Shown here piece by piece: positions 63,506-64,000 of a DNA stretch of 64,000 nucleotides. Numbering within the stretch: the first letter of the stretch is position 1; each line of letters starts with the position of its first letter. This stretch comes from Octopus bimaculoides. Lineage: Eukaryota. The DNA is taken from positions 33,130,014-33,194,013 of the forward strand of contig NC_068995.1 in the NCBI RefSeq assembly GCF_001194135.2. Reading direction: 5' to 3'. The notes beneath the pieces were generated by a model, which ran no database searches, was not told where the DNA came from, and worked only from the letters and a program-made list of their open reading frames with translations. Both the position numbers and the translations under genes were made by a program.

Positions 63506-64000
63506 TACACACATACATACATGGAAAAGATGGATAAAGAATTGTATATAATACATATCTATATATTCTTTTATTCTTTTACTTGTTTCAGTCATTTGAG
63601 TGCAGCAATGCCGGGGACCCATATTGGAAAGTTTCAGCCAAACAAATCAACCTCAGGACTTATTTTTTAAGCCTAGTACTTATTCCATAGTACTTATTCC
63701 AAACCATTAAGCTACAGGGATGTAAATATACCAACACTGGTTGTCAAGTGGTGATATATACATGCATATATGTATAATATATACATGCATATGTATTGGC
63801 ATTAGAAGAGCATACATAACATATGTATGTATATGTGTAAATGTATATATGTAATATACATAATTTTTCCTAATTTTTCAAATTGTCTTTTTAATCAAGT
63901 AAATGATCTAGTAAGTGTGTGTGTATGTATACATGTGTTTGCATATATACACATATACATCTATCTTGTTTGCCTTCATCAGACAGTCTGATGGTAGAAA

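Noticed and set aside
243-63670. Most ORF-track entries (poly-HT, VC, IY, LS, X-filled)
   Set aside because: They are translations of CA/TA/AG/trinucleotide microsatellites or N gaps.

Overview
AT-rich, gap-containing (N-runs) animal genomic DNA, very likely an octopus or other coleoid cephalopod. This is inferred from the SINE/LINE repertoire and a mollusc-type cytochrome b NUMT; no database search was possible. Nearly all ORF-track entries are microsatellite or N-run artefacts. Most of the window is nested, decayed transposons: tRNA-derived SINEs of three types, RTE, R4/Dong and CR1/L2-type LINE fragments, a zinc-knuckle ORF1, Tc1/mariner, Merlin, hAT- and piggyBac-type MITEs, Helitrons and a Penelope GIY-YIG fragment. 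A few candidate exons suggest a + strand host gene starting near 6.1 kb, and CpG depletion to the right of ~17 kb looks like gene-body methylation. The most interesting signal is a set of unrelated hammerhead-ribozyme (HHR) motifs in Penelope-type termini. Two are structurally complete: one with a G3:C8 core swap (14232-14282) and one with a 105-nt stem II (22886-23021). A third, damaged HHR is the tail of a composite element with back-to-back tRNA-like heads (51716-52100). No prokaryotic features, CRISPR arrays or rRNA genes are supported.
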